In this document: one piece after another, positions 18,984 to 28,387 of the stretch
How positions within the stretch are numbered: position 1 is the first letter of the stretch
Layout of the letters: each line of letters begins with the position of its first letter
The notes under the pieces: generated by a model
Told to the model about the DNA's origin: nothing
Database searches by the model: none
What the model saw: the letters and a program-made list of their open reading frames with translations, nothing else
Origin: Chthonomonadales bacterium
Lineage (GTDB): Bacteria > Armatimonadota > Chthonomonadetes > Chthonomonadales > CAJBBX01
Direction of reading: 5' to 3'
NCBI GenBank assembly: GCA_037443035.1
Contig: JBBIPC010000004.1
Coordinates: 121,602-185,601, forward strand
Length of the DNA: 64,000 bases
Made by a program: the position numbers and the translations under genes

Positions 18984-19706
18984 ATGCTTCGTGGTATCCT
19001 CTCACGGCTGCGCAAAGGGAACTCTGCCACCGAGTCTCTGGCCTCGGATCAGGCACGGTCAGACGGCGGTCCATCTCAGAACAAGTTCACATCGTCTGCT
19101 ATCGGCATAGTTTCCAATTACCACGACACGACAGTGCGGGTAGCTTTGTTCCAGTACCTGCGAATCCAGGGCGCGCGGAAGCTTGTGTATAGCGGCCCTC
19201 TTGCAGTCCTGAATGAACCTGGCGAGCTGTGGAGACTCATTCAGTCCGGCGACGTCTTGTGGGTCTATGGCAAACCCGAGCGCCCACGCCTGGCACCAGA
19301 AGTTGGCCTGCTCCCAAGTGGCCCTGAGCAGATCGAGGTCAATGGCGTGCTCCTACGTCACTTCGCCAAGTCTCCCGTGGACGGCTCTGCAATCCGGTTC
19401 GGTCAGCTCCAGTGGCCGCCGCCCGGCGCCAATCAGCAGGAAACCGTAGAGGCAACGGCGTCAGAGACGGAGAACAGGATCATCGTCATAGGAAGCGGCC
19501 TGGAGTACGAGCGGTGGTCCTTCTACGCGCGGACAAACCGATGGGAGCTCGTGGAGCAGATCATGCCGGGCTACGCCGACAGCCCGGTAGTCACTATCGA
19601 ACTACCAGCGGATGAGCGCGCCGTCATCGTCCATCCCACCAGCAGCAACTCGTATTGCTCGATACTCGACCCCGAGAGGAACGTGCTTACGCTCTTCATG
19701 CTCTAG
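18984..19706 (+). CDS. Hypothetical protein; probable calcineurin-like metallophosphoesterase fold with degenerate metal ligands
   Basis: Motif order IGIVSNYHD, LVYSGPL, VLWVYGKPE, LLRHFAKSP, IIVIGSGL, VIVHPTS, YCSILD mirrors the YfcE-type order DxH, GD, GNHD, H, GHTH, NPGS, YAILD. Confidence 0.55.
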   Translation: MLRGILSRLRKGNSATESLASDQARSDGGPSQNKFTSSAIGIVSNYHDTTVRVALFQYLRIQGARKLVYSGPLAVLNEPGELWRLIQSGDVLWVYGKPERPRLAPEVGLLPSGPEQIEVNGVLLRHFAKSPVDGSAIRFGQLQWPPPGANQQETVEATASETENRIIVIGSGLEYERWSFYARTNRWELVEQIMPGYADSPVVTIELPADERAVIVHPTSSNSYCSILDPERNVLTLFML

Positions 19707-19911
19707 GCGTACTGCCGCTGCTGTCATCGCTTCCATGGTCCTCGCCTGCACCCGGACCCGGGCATTCACCTTGCAACTTGCGGAAGGGACGCTCGGACGA
19801 CGGTCGGCAGTTGCTTGCCGCCCACTCAGAGTTCTCGGTCACTGCCGCATCGCAGGAGAGCCAGGATGCACTATCGAAGTCTCCCTCCAACGCACTTCAC
19901 GGAGGCCGAAC

Positions 19912-22900
19912 GTGTTATGCCTTTGCCTTGCGGCTCTGTTCGCACCGGCAGCGCCTACGCCCGATAGTAGCAGTAGCGCATGGAATCGTTTCCACGGCGC
20001 GCTCTTGGCAGACGGGGGCGTGGTACGCTGCCACTCGCAACCGATTATCGCAGACGGAAGGATCCGGTTTCCGGATGACCTCGGGACGGGCGCGGACCTC
20101 CTCGGAGCTACTCCGTCGTCAGGTGCTGGCGATACCGTCACGCTCGTCAAGGGCCGATGGGAAGGTCGACGCGCCGTCCGGCTCGATGCTCAACCCCTTA
20201 GAGCACCTGCGTGCGTGCAACCTGGGCAACCTTTCTCCGTTGAAATGTGGTTTCGGAAAAACGGGGCCGGCGTCCACCGAGGCAACGACAATGCCACGAA
20301 CGGGACACTCATCTCGGAGGGCAACGGGTACTGGGATGGATGGCGGATCACCACCAGCTACCCGGAGGGAACGTTTGGCTTCGAAATCGGTAGGCCCCAG
20401 CCTGCCCGCTCCGCAGGTCTCTTCGGCTGCGGTCCGCTGCCCGACGGCGTCTGGCATCATGTTGCGGCCACGTGGGACGGCAAGACCATGCGCCTCTACC
20501 TGAACGGCATCCTCGCCGGTTCGCACTCGTACTCTGGCGGCTACACACCAGGTGATGTACTGCGTGTCGGCTACGCAGACGCAGGCTGGGGTTCCGTGAA
20601 GCTCGACGTTGATTGCGTCATCCTCTGGCGCAGGGCGCTTTCCTCTGTCGAGGTGCTGCGATCTGCGTTGTACTACGTCAGTGTGCCGAACGAGCAGTCG
20701 AGCCGACTCGCGCGTGCCGGCGAGCTCCTGCACGGCGGCCGTCCGGCCGAGGCAGCTCGGCTGTGCGAAGCCGTCATCCAGACGCCGCGTGTCGCTGCCG
20801 ACGTTAGAGCACTCGCCATGATCTGCCTGGCGGATTGTCGCCGACGACTCAGCGACGTGGGTGGTGCCGCGAGAGCACTAGCCGTAGCGACCCAGAGTGG
20901 TGTGTCTTACCACCTGCGCCGTACGGCGCTCAGCCGATTGCTCGCCTTCGCTCCATCACCCCAGGACGTGCTGCCGGAACCCGCTCTACGAGCTTGGGAG
21001 AGGACTCCGCTGCTGGATCCTCGGGAACGCTGGACTCTGCGCTTGGCGCTGATGCGCCGCGCGATGGCGAGTGGGTCGGCCGCTACCACAAGCCGGCTTG
21101 TGACCCAGATGCTAGAGGACCCTGACATGGATGCTGCAGCGAAGTTCGAGATCCGGCTGATGCTCGCCCACGTGTACCGACGCAGCAAGCAGTACGTCAA
21201 GGCACGAAAGGAATACGAGGCTATTGCGGCCGACGAGCAGGCACCACCGGCATTCAGGCAGTACGCCCGAATGCTCGTACTCAGAACCCTCCTCCAGGCG
21301 GAGGAGACCGCTGAAGCCAGGCGCGTTTGCCAATCCATGCTAGCAGACGTGGAAGCGCCGCTGGCGTCCCGTTACGAGGCGCAACTGGCCCTCCAGCTCA
21401 TCCAGCATCGCAGGAAGAGCGCTGCCTCGCGGAGAGGCATCGCACTCGTCCCATTACGCACCACGACCGTCCGTACGGTGGCACCGAGGATCGAGATCCA
21501 CGTCGCTCCATCAGGCTCGGACCGCAACCCCGGCACACGCCAGAAACCATTGGCTTCGTGGCTCCGGGCCCTGGCGGTGATCCGCAGGCTGAAAGCCCAG
21601 GGTGCCCTGCCGAGAGGCGGTCTGGCGGTGACCTTCCATGCTGGTGTGTATCCCGTGTCCACGGCCGTTACTATTACCACCGCAGAGGCAGGCACATCCT
21701 CAGCGCCTGTCGTGTTCCGAGCCGCGCCCGGGGAGAAAGTCGTTTTTCGCGGCGGCGTACGTCTCCGTACGTTCCAGCCCGTACGGGACCCAGCGCTTCT
21801 GTCCAGAATCCGTCCCGACGTCCGCCAACACATCCTCGAACTGGATCTCCGAGCAGCAGGCATAACCGACCCCGGACGCCTCAGCCCGCGAGGCGTCGGA
21901 AGCGAGCCCAGACCGTGTCCCGAACTGTACTGGAACGGGCACCCACTGACGCTCGCTCGCTGGCCGGATGCCGGATGGGCCTCCACAGCACGCATTGTGC
22001 AGGAACGGAACGAGCATGGCGGCTTCACATTCGAATACGAAGGCGAGCGTCCATCGCACTGGGCTGGCGAGTCGAATGGCTGGTTGTTCGGCTACTTCGG
22101 CTGGCTCTGGGCGGACCATGGTGTCAAGCTGGCCTCTGTGGATACGACTTCGCATCAGCTCCTTACCGCACATCCCAGTAGTTACGCGCCAAGGCAGGGC
22201 ATGCCCTGGTTCGCCTACAACATCCTCGCTGAGCTCGACAGACCAGGCGAGTGGTACTACGATGAAGACAACAGCCGCATCCTCGTCTATCCACCCACCG
22301 ATCCATCGCGGGCCGTTGTCGAGTACCCCACGCTCGATACACCGTTCGTCATTGTGGAGGGTGCCAGTCACGTGCGCATGGAGGGATTGGTCTTCGATCT
22401 GGGACGGTGGAACGGCATCGAAGTGAGGAACTCATCCAACATCCTCATCGCGGGCTGCACCGTCCAGCGATTGCGCGGAACCGCCGTGGTTATCGATGGC
22501 GGACGCAACTGTGGCGTCTTCGGCTGTGAGTTGGCCACGCTTGGCAGGAACGGCACGTGGGTCCGCGGCGGCGACCGCAAGACGCTCCAGCCCGCTGGCC
22601 ACTTTGTCGAAAACTGCCACATCCATGATTTCTCGAGGTGGGATCGCACCTACACGCCTGCCGCGTACGTCGAGGGTGTCGGCATACGCATCGCGCACAA
22701 TCTTATCCACGACTCACCCGGTCATGCTATGCGGATCGAGGGCAATGACCACCTCATCGAGTTCAACGAAGTTCACCATGTCGTTACCGAGACGGATGAT
22801 CAGGGCGCCGTGGACATGTGGTTCAATCCGACGTACCGTGGTGTCGTCATACGCCACAACTTCTTCCATCATATTGGAGGTGGCGGCGACGACCGCATGC

Positions 22901-23469
22901 GTGCTGGCGTACGACTGGATGACGCCATCTGTGGCGTCCTCATCTACGGGAATGTGTTCTGGAAGGCGTCCCAGGGTCTGTTTGGGGGTGTGCAGATACA
23001 CGGCGGTAAGGAAAACGAAGTCGTGAACAACCTCTTCGTAGACTGCAAGTACGCCGTGAGCTTCTCACGCTGGGGTCCACAACGCTGGAACGAAACCATC
23101 CAGAGCGCTGCGGTCCGCAAGTTCACCACCGAGGACGTGGATATCACCAGTCCGCCCTACAGCACCCGCTATCCCGCACTCGCTCATCTATCGGAACGAC
23201 CAGACGTCAATCGGATATGGGGGAACATGGCGGTTGGCTGCGGTGACTTCCTGACGCGTGACGGGGGGTCTCAAGAGACAGTGGACAATCTCATCGCGTT
23301 AGACGATCCGGGCTTCGTTGATAGAAACCGAGGGTCGTTTGCCTTGCCCTTGGACTCTCCTGTATACGGCAGGTCAGGCTTCCTGCCGCTCCCCCTCTCC
23401 ATGATCGGCCGCTACCCCCATCCCTTGTCTGTACCGGCGAACAGAGAAGCATCCAGGAGATTACGATGA
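19912..23469 (+). CDS. Large secreted protein: LamG/concanavalin-like domain + TPR-like helices + right-handed parallel beta-helix (putative glycan-active enzyme)
   Basis: GTG 19912 after GGAGG gives a signal-like N-terminus. LamG: FSVEMWF...WHHVAATWDG..RLYLNG. Beta-helix: IHVAPSGSDRNPGT..KPL, LARWP, ELD.PGEWYYD, NHIHD-type repeats. Confidence 0.75.
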   Translation: MLCLCLAALFAPAAPTPDSSSSAWNRFHGALLADGGVVRCHSQPIIADGRIRFPDDLGTGADLLGATPSSGAGDTVTLVKGRWEGRRAVRLDAQPLRAPACVQPGQPFSVEMWFRKNGAGVHRGNDNATNGTLISEGNGYWDGWRITTSYPEGTFGFEIGRPQPARSAGLFGCGPLPDGVWHHVAATWDGKTMRLYLNGILAGSHSYSGGYTPGDVLRVGYADAGWGSVKLDVDCVILWRRALSSVEVLRSALYYVSVPNEQSSRLARAGELLHGGRPAEAARLCEAVIQTPRVAADVRALAMICLADCRRRLSDVGGAARALAVATQSGVSYHLRRTALSRLLAFAPSPQDVLPEPALRAWERTPLLDPRERWTLRLALMRRAMASGSAATTSRLVTQMLEDPDMDAAAKFEIRLMLAHVYRRSKQYVKARKEYEAIAADEQAPPAFRQYARMLVLRTLLQAEETAEARRVCQSMLADVEAPLASRYEAQLALQLIQHRRKSAASRRGIALVPLRTTTVRTVAPRIEIHVAPSGSDRNPGTRQKPLASWLRALAVIRRLKAQGALPRGGLAVTFHAGVYPVSTAVTITTAEAGTSSAPVVFRAAPGEKVVFRGGVRLRTFQPVRDPALLSRIRPDVRQHILELDLRAAGITDPGRLSPRGVGSEPRPCPELYWNGHPLTLARWPDAGWASTARIVQERNEHGGFTFEYEGERPSHWAGESNGWLFGYFGWLWADHGVKLASVDTTSHQLLTAHPSSYAPRQGMPWFAYNILAELDRPGEWYYDEDNSRILVYPPTDPSRAVVEYPTLDTPFVIVEGASHVRMEGLVFDLGRWNGIEVRNSSNILIAGCTVQRLRGTAVVIDGGRNCGVFGCELATLGRNGTWVRGGDRKTLQPAGHFVENCHIHDFSRWDRTYTPAAYVEGVGIRIAHNLIHDSPGHAMRIEGNDHLIEFNEVHHVVTETDDQGAVDMWFNPTYRGVVIRHNFFHHIGGGGDDRMRAGVRLDDAICGVLIYGNVFWKASQGLFGGVQIHGGKENEVVNNLFVDCKYAVSFSRWGPQRWNETIQSAAVRKFTTEDVDITSPPYSTRYPALAHLSERPDVNRIWGNMAVGCGDFLTRDGGSQETVDNLIALDDPGFVDRNRGSFALPLDSPVYGRSGFLPLPLSMIGRYPHPLSVPANREASRRLR

Positions 23470-25175
23470 ATCCACCACCGCCTCCTCCGCCCATCTACAC
23501 CTACACCATCGCCCAGGATGGAACTGCACGCTCGTACGACGAGGCCCTGGCGGTGGCATGTCTGCAGGGTCTCATCAACCGTCGGGCCCCAGTCCTCTAC
23601 GTGCTCTCACGTGCGAACAGCCGCCCGCAATACTGGCTCGACCGCTTTACCCAACCCGGTCAGTGGCTTCACGGGCGGCCCATCGTGCCCCTCTCCGACT
23701 TGGACGCCATTATCAAACTGGCCGGCAAGCGCGTCAAAGGCGCCATCATCTGGGATCCCGGCGTCCCCGCAACGGTGAATGCAGCGACAACGATGGCAGG
23801 CATCATGGACGCCGTGGTGCTCTCTCCGGAGATGTCCGAAGAACACCTACAAAGCTGGAACCTGCCCGTGCTTGCCGATCTTCGCAGCAAGTTCAGTGGC
23901 AGAGAGACCGGCAGCGCCAAGAACGACGTGGTGCGCTGGTCCATCCGAGAGCACCTTGCCAGAGGACGGTGTTCCTCTCGCCTCCTCTGCCTGTACGAGG
24001 ACTCGTTCTCCACACGCCCCCGTGGTGACATCGGCTATGTCGTGACGCGAGACTGGGCGGTCAAGAACCGCGCTTTCACCTTCGATCTCTCGCCGTGGGG
24101 TGACGAGAAGCCAGGAGACGATCCGGATCAGCAGCTTGGCACGGACCTCGCGACCTACAAGATGGTACTCGAAGAGACGCTTCGGCAGTCGGGTGGCGAA
24201 CACATGACGGAGCTGGCGGGGTTCTTCGCTTTCGCCAAGTACAGCAATGTCCCTGGCCATGCGAGCCGCCATGACCCAGTGCCCACAGAATGGGAGACCG
24301 TGTGGCTCATCTCTCCCTACAACGTCTACCAGAACACCGTCGCAAGCGACTGCTTCAACCAGTCCTTCCACTGTCACGCGCCACGGAAACCGCTACACCA
24401 GAAACGGCCGGAGCCCACTAGGATGCTCGAGCGGAAGAACTACGTATGCATCCTCATGGCAGACTACGACTCGGCAACGCCCCTTTACGACTTCCTGCCG
24501 AACCACTGGGACGACCCGCAACGTGGCTCGTTGCCTCTTTGCTGGGGGATCGATCCCAACCTGGTGGAGACGTATCCCGACATCATACGATATGTCTACG
24601 AAACAGCGAGCGCTAAGGACTTCTTTGGTGCTGATGCCAGCGCCGCAGGTTACATGAACCCCAACCGCGTGCGTCCGGAGTACTTGCCCTTGTTCATCCG
24701 GCACAACCGCAGATTCTATCGCGAGGCGGACATGTCGCTCTCCCCCATGGTACTAGACTGGGATCAGCCGACGCCCGCGGTCAAGGATGCCTTCTCCCGA
24801 TTCTCGCCAGATGGCTTCGCGACCATCGTCATGGATCTCCACGGCACAGGAGGCCGGTTGCCCGAACCGCAAGTGTGGAAAGGAATGCCCATCACGGAGT
24901 TGATCAACGAGGCATGCAATTTCGCCGGCGTGGAACGAACCGCGGAGATCATGGACGCCGCCATGACACGGCGCGGTACCGAGCCACCAAGCTTCCACTT
25001 CTTCCGGATCGTCTGGACCTCGCCTTCCCAGGTTGCTGCAACCCTCGACGCGCTCAGGCGCCGTCGTCCGGACTTGAAGATCGAGGTTGTTGACCCTTAT
25101 ACCTTCTTCCGCCTCCTGAAGCAGCATCTGTTGGCGACAGCTGCTACGAACGCTCCGCGAGTGCGTCGGCGCTGA
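23466..25175 (+). CDS. GxGYxYP-family putative glycoside hydrolase
   Basis: LQGLINR..P.LY, IIWDP, N.ATT.AG, N.SFH, MADYDS, RGSLPLCWGI, motif variant SAAGYMNP; ATGA overlap with the upstream gene. Confidence 0.72.
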   Translation: MNPPPPPPPIYTYTIAQDGTARSYDEALAVACLQGLINRRAPVLYVLSRANSRPQYWLDRFTQPGQWLHGRPIVPLSDLDAIIKLAGKRVKGAIIWDPGVPATVNAATTMAGIMDAVVLSPEMSEEHLQSWNLPVLADLRSKFSGRETGSAKNDVVRWSIREHLARGRCSSRLLCLYEDSFSTRPRGDIGYVVTRDWAVKNRAFTFDLSPWGDEKPGDDPDQQLGTDLATYKMVLEETLRQSGGEHMTELAGFFAFAKYSNVPGHASRHDPVPTEWETVWLISPYNVYQNTVASDCFNQSFHCHAPRKPLHQKRPEPTRMLERKNYVCILMADYDSATPLYDFLPNHWDDPQRGSLPLCWGIDPNLVETYPDIIRYVYETASAKDFFGADASAAGYMNPNRVRPEYLPLFIRHNRRFYREADMSLSPMVLDWDQPTPAVKDAFSRFSPDGFATIVMDLHGTGGRLPEPQVWKGMPITELINEACNFAGVERTAEIMDAAMTRRGTEPPSFHFFRIVWTSPSQVAATLDALRRRRPDLKIEVVDPYTFFRLLKQHLLATAATNAPRVRRR

Positions 25176-25275
25176 GGCGTGACCTTCCTCTAGCCCTGAG
25201 CAGGACAATCGACAAGCAGATCGCGAGTACCGGCGGGGTACAATCGCCCATTCCCTCATGGACGGAGTGAGAGCT

Positions 25276-26412
25276 ATGCGACTGGAGACGCTCGCCATAC
25301 ATGCTGGCCAGGAGCCCGACCCAGCCTACGGTGCCGTCATGCCGCCGATATACCAGACTTCCACGTTTGCATTCCCGGACGTGGGACAGCCCGGGGAGTT
25401 CGATTACACGCGCTCTGGGAATCCGACGCGCAAAGCACTGGAGGAATGTCTGGCCGCCCTGGAAGGAGGTTCCCACGCTTTCGCGTTTGCGTCGGGAATG
25501 GCCGCCATCTCGACGGCTCTTGCACTCCTCAGCAAGGGCGACCACGTTCTGGTTCACAACGACCTCTACGGCGGCACATACCGTTACCTGACCTGTGTCA
25601 GTGTTCGGCACGGAATAGAAGTCACTTTCGTCAATATGCGAGACCTCGACGCGGTTCGCAGCGCCATGCGGCCCGAGACACGGTTGGTGTGGACCGAGAC
25701 ACCGACGAATCCGCTCATGAACCTTCAGGACCTTCGAGCCATAGCTGACATCGCGAAGGCTGCTGGCGCCCTGACTATTACGGATAACACGTTCGCCTCG
25801 CCTTACAACCAGCGGCCGCTCGATCTGGGCGTCGATCTCTCGCTTCACTCCATGACGAAGTACCTCAACGGCCACTCGGACGTCATCGCCGGCGCTCTAG
25901 TCGTCAGGGACGACGTTCTGGCCGAGCGCATCCGATTCTTGCAGAACGCCATGGGTACTGCGTTGTCGCCCTTCGACAGCTTCCTCGTCCTCCGTGGGCT
26001 CAAGACCTTCCCCGTCCGCATGCAGGTCCACAACACCAACGCCCTGACGATCGCCAAGTGGCTTGATGAGCAGCCACAGGTCTCCGAAGTGCTGCATCCG
26101 TTCCTCGAGCATCACCCGCAACACCAACTGGCGCGGAGCCAGATGCATGGGTGCGGCGGCACCTTCGCCTTTCGGATGGCGGGAGGAGGCCCGGCTGCGG
26201 TCCGCCTTCTGAAGCGAGTGCGCATCTTCACTCTGGCGGAATCTCTGGGCGGCGTGGAGTCACTCATCGAACACCCGTTCACGATGACACATGTATCCAT
26301 TCCCGAGGATGTTCGCCGAAACATGGGTATCACCGAGGATCTGATTCGCATTAGCGTCGGCATCGAACACGTGGAGGACCTCATCGAGGACTTAGCCCAA
26401 GCCATGGCATAG
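25276..26412 (+). CDS. Cys/Met metabolism PLP enzyme (cystathionine gamma-synthase/gamma-lyase family)
   Basis: PPIYQTSTF, YTRSGNPT, ETPTNP, DNTFA, PLP-lysine motif SMTKYLNGHSD, AESLGGVESL, RISVGIE. Confidence 0.92.
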   Translation: MRLETLAIHAGQEPDPAYGAVMPPIYQTSTFAFPDVGQPGEFDYTRSGNPTRKALEECLAALEGGSHAFAFASGMAAISTALALLSKGDHVLVHNDLYGGTYRYLTCVSVRHGIEVTFVNMRDLDAVRSAMRPETRLVWTETPTNPLMNLQDLRAIADIAKAAGALTITDNTFASPYNQRPLDLGVDLSLHSMTKYLNGHSDVIAGALVVRDDVLAERIRFLQNAMGTALSPFDSFLVLRGLKTFPVRMQVHNTNALTIAKWLDEQPQVSEVLHPFLEHHPQHQLARSQMHGCGGTFAFRMAGGGPAAVRLLKRVRIFTLAESLGGVESLIEHPFTMTHVSIPEDVRRNMGITEDLIRISVGIEHVEDLIEDLAQAMA

Positions 26413-26437
26413 TCTCTTTCCTACACTGATAAGAGAC

Positions 26438-26467
26438 TTGACATGGTGTATCGGAAGGCGCTAGACT
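26438..26467 (+). promoter_or_regulatory. sigma70-type promoter upstream of the cobalamin riboswitch
   Basis: TTGACA (26438-26443), 18-nt spacer, TAGACT (26462-26467). Confidence 0.6.
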
Positions 26468-26485
26468 GATTACTACAATCGAATA

Positions 26486-26636
26486 CGGTGCAGGGACCGT
26501 GCGCAGTTAGTCGCACGGTCTGGGGGAAGTCCGGTGTGAGGCCGGCGCAGTCCCGCTACGGTATGTGCCTTCGATGAGGCATGAGCCCGAATGCCCACCT
26601 GCATCGCGTCACGCAAGCCCTTCGCGAGAAAGGGTG
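26486..26636 (+). ncRNA. Cobalamin (B12) riboswitch
   Basis: Core GGGAAgtCCGGTGtgAGgCCGGcgcagtCCCGCtACGGT; B12-box-like GAGCCCGAATGCCC; outer stem CGGTGCAGG/CCTGCATCG; hairpin GACCGTGCG/CGCACGGTC; downstream CCCTT-cgcgaga-AAGGG hairpin whose loop can kiss the TCCCGC loop. BtuF-like genes lie downstream. Confidence 0.88.
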
Positions 26637-26781
26637 TGATGCAGCCTCGTTCCTACCGGTTACCGGCTTAGCACCAGGAGGTAGCAGACACACCATCCGC
26701 CAAGGATGGTGTTCTTGTTACAGGGGCGCAACAGACTTCCTCTCGCGATGGTGCGCAACCCACAAGGAGGGGTCCAGAGAA

Positions 26782-27549
26782 ATGCGCTCCATCAACACAC
26801 TGGTAAGGCCGCCGGAGACGCGGCACGGTTTCACGCTCATCGAGCTGCTCGTCGTCATCGCGATCATCGCCATACTGGCGGCGATACTGTTCCCTGTGTT
26901 CTCTCAAGCCCGGGAGAAGGCGCGCCAGGCGTCCTGTTCCTCGAACCTGAAGCAGCTCGGCCTGGCCACGCTCATGTACCTTCAGGATTACGACGAGACC
27001 TACCCGCTCTACCAATACGCCGACTGCCAGGGTTTCGTCTGCTATCAGTACTGGTTTGGGCTGCGCGTAGGAACAACGTGGGACAAGACACGTGGCCTTT
27101 TGTACCCATATATGAAGAACCATCAGATCCAGAAGTGTCCTAGTTTCTCCGCGGTGCCGCGCCTTGGTGACGGCAACGGTTACGGCTACAACTGGGGATA
27201 TCTCGGTTCCGACTACTACATCAGCTTCAACTGGCCTCCGCTGAATCCGGCATCGGAAGCGTCGCTGTCCAGCCCGGCCTCCAAGATTCTTTTCGCCGAC
27301 GCAGGTTTCGTCAACGTGCCCTGGTACGGTGGGAACGGAGAGCTAATCGAGACACCCGGCATCGATCCTCCGTCCATGTGGTGGGGTAACCCAACGGTGG
27401 ATTTCCGTCACGTAGATAACCGAAAGACTATTGACAGCGCCACCTTCACCGTGACCCATCATGGTCTTGCCAACGCAACATTCGCCGATGGTCACGTGAA
27501 GGCCCTGAAGCAGTCGGCCGTCACTGACGAGATGTTCACCCGCAACTGA
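26782..27549 (+). CDS. Prepilin-type N-methylation / DUF1559 (H-X9-DG) protein 4, downstream of the B12 riboswitch
   Basis: ATG 26782 after [15 protein letters not shown]..., [40 protein letters not shown]. Confidence 0.9.
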   Translation: MRSINTLVRPPETRHGFTLIELLVVIAIIAILAAILFPVFSQAREKARQASCSSNLKQLGLATLMYLQDYDETYPLYQYADCQGFVCYQYWFGLRVGTTWDKTRGLLYPYMKNHQIQKCPSFSAVPRLGDGNGYGYNWGYLGSDYYISFNWPPLNPASEASLSSPASKILFADAGFVNVPWYGGNGELIETPGIDPPSMWWGNPTVDFRHVDNRKTIDSATFTVTHHGLANATFADGHVKALKQSAVTDEMFTRN

Positions 27550-27550
27550 G

Positions 27551-28387
27551 ATGACGCCATCGGTTCGCGTGTTCTGCGATGCGCTGGGCGGAACGGTGGA
27601 AATACCTACGCGTCCCCGGCGCATCGTGAGCTTCGTCTCGGGTCTCACGGAAGCCATCTGCGTCATGGGCTTCGCCGAACGGCTTGCTGGCGTCAGCGCC
27701 TACTGCCATCGTTACGTGCCCGAGCTGTCGGCACCCGTCGTCGGTGACTACCTAACGGCAGATGAGGTTGCGCTGGAGTCGATTCAACCAGACCTGGTAT
27801 TGGTGACAACCGGCGTCCAGCGCAGCCTCGGCAGGCGTCTGCGGAGCGTCGGTCTGCCTGTTTTCGCATTTCCGCTGCCTTCCACGCTGTACGGTATCCT
27901 CGAGAATGTCGTCTTGCTTGGTGGTCTGCTAGGTGAGCCTGATGCGGCTCGAGATCTGACGAGGCGGTGGTTGCGGCAGCTCGACGATGTGCGCCATCAG
28001 GCGACCGGTCGGGAGCTTCGCGTCTACCCCGAGTTGTGGTTCGGCCCGCACGTACGTATTCCAGGGGGCCTCTCGTTCATTAGTGATATCATCCACTACG
28101 CGGGTGGCACGAATGTGTACGGCTCGGTACCGACTGCCTACCTCAAGCTCGACACCGAGGACGTTCCTTGGCGGGCCCCAGACGTGTGGCTCCTTTTCTC
28201 GGAGCCTGAGTATCCCGTGGATGCCGATCTTCTCCGTGCGCAACGAGGCTGGGACACACGCCTGCCGACCATGCGCCTGATACAGGCTTCCGTACGGCCT
28301 GCTCAGAATGTTATTCATGATGGGCCGTCCATGATGCAGGCGGTCCAGTGGCTTTCCGCATGCCTCGCCGGAGGTGAGCTCCAATGA
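27551..28387 (+). CDS. BtuF-like helical-backbone metal/cobalamin-binding protein, no evident signal peptide
   Basis: D.LG..V.IP.RPRRIVS...LTE, LAGVSAYC, PDLVL, FISDII..AGG.N, GPS. Confidence 0.8.
   Translation: MTPSVRVFCDALGGTVEIPTRPRRIVSFVSGLTEAICVMGFAERLAGVSAYCHRYVPELSAPVVGDYLTADEVALESIQPDLVLVTTGVQRSLGRRLRSVGLPVFAFPLPSTLYGILENVVLLGGLLGEPDAARDLTRRWLRQLDDVRHQATGRELRVYPELWFGPHVRIPGGLSFISDIIHYAGGTNVYGSVPTAYLKLDTEDVPWRAPDVWLLFSEPEYPVDADLLRAQRGWDTRLPTMRLIQASVRPAQNVIHDGPSMMQAVQWLSACLAGGELQ

Noticed and set aside
25276..26636. Control of the trans-sulfuration gene by the B12 riboswitch
   Set aside because: The riboswitch lies downstream of this gene, has its own promoter and faces the pilin/btuF genes.
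26581..26781. 67-aa N-terminal extension of pilin-like gene 4 shown in the ORF track
   Set aside because: It overlaps the riboswitch and its expression platform. A strong RBS precedes ATG 26782, which gives a normal short prepilin leader.
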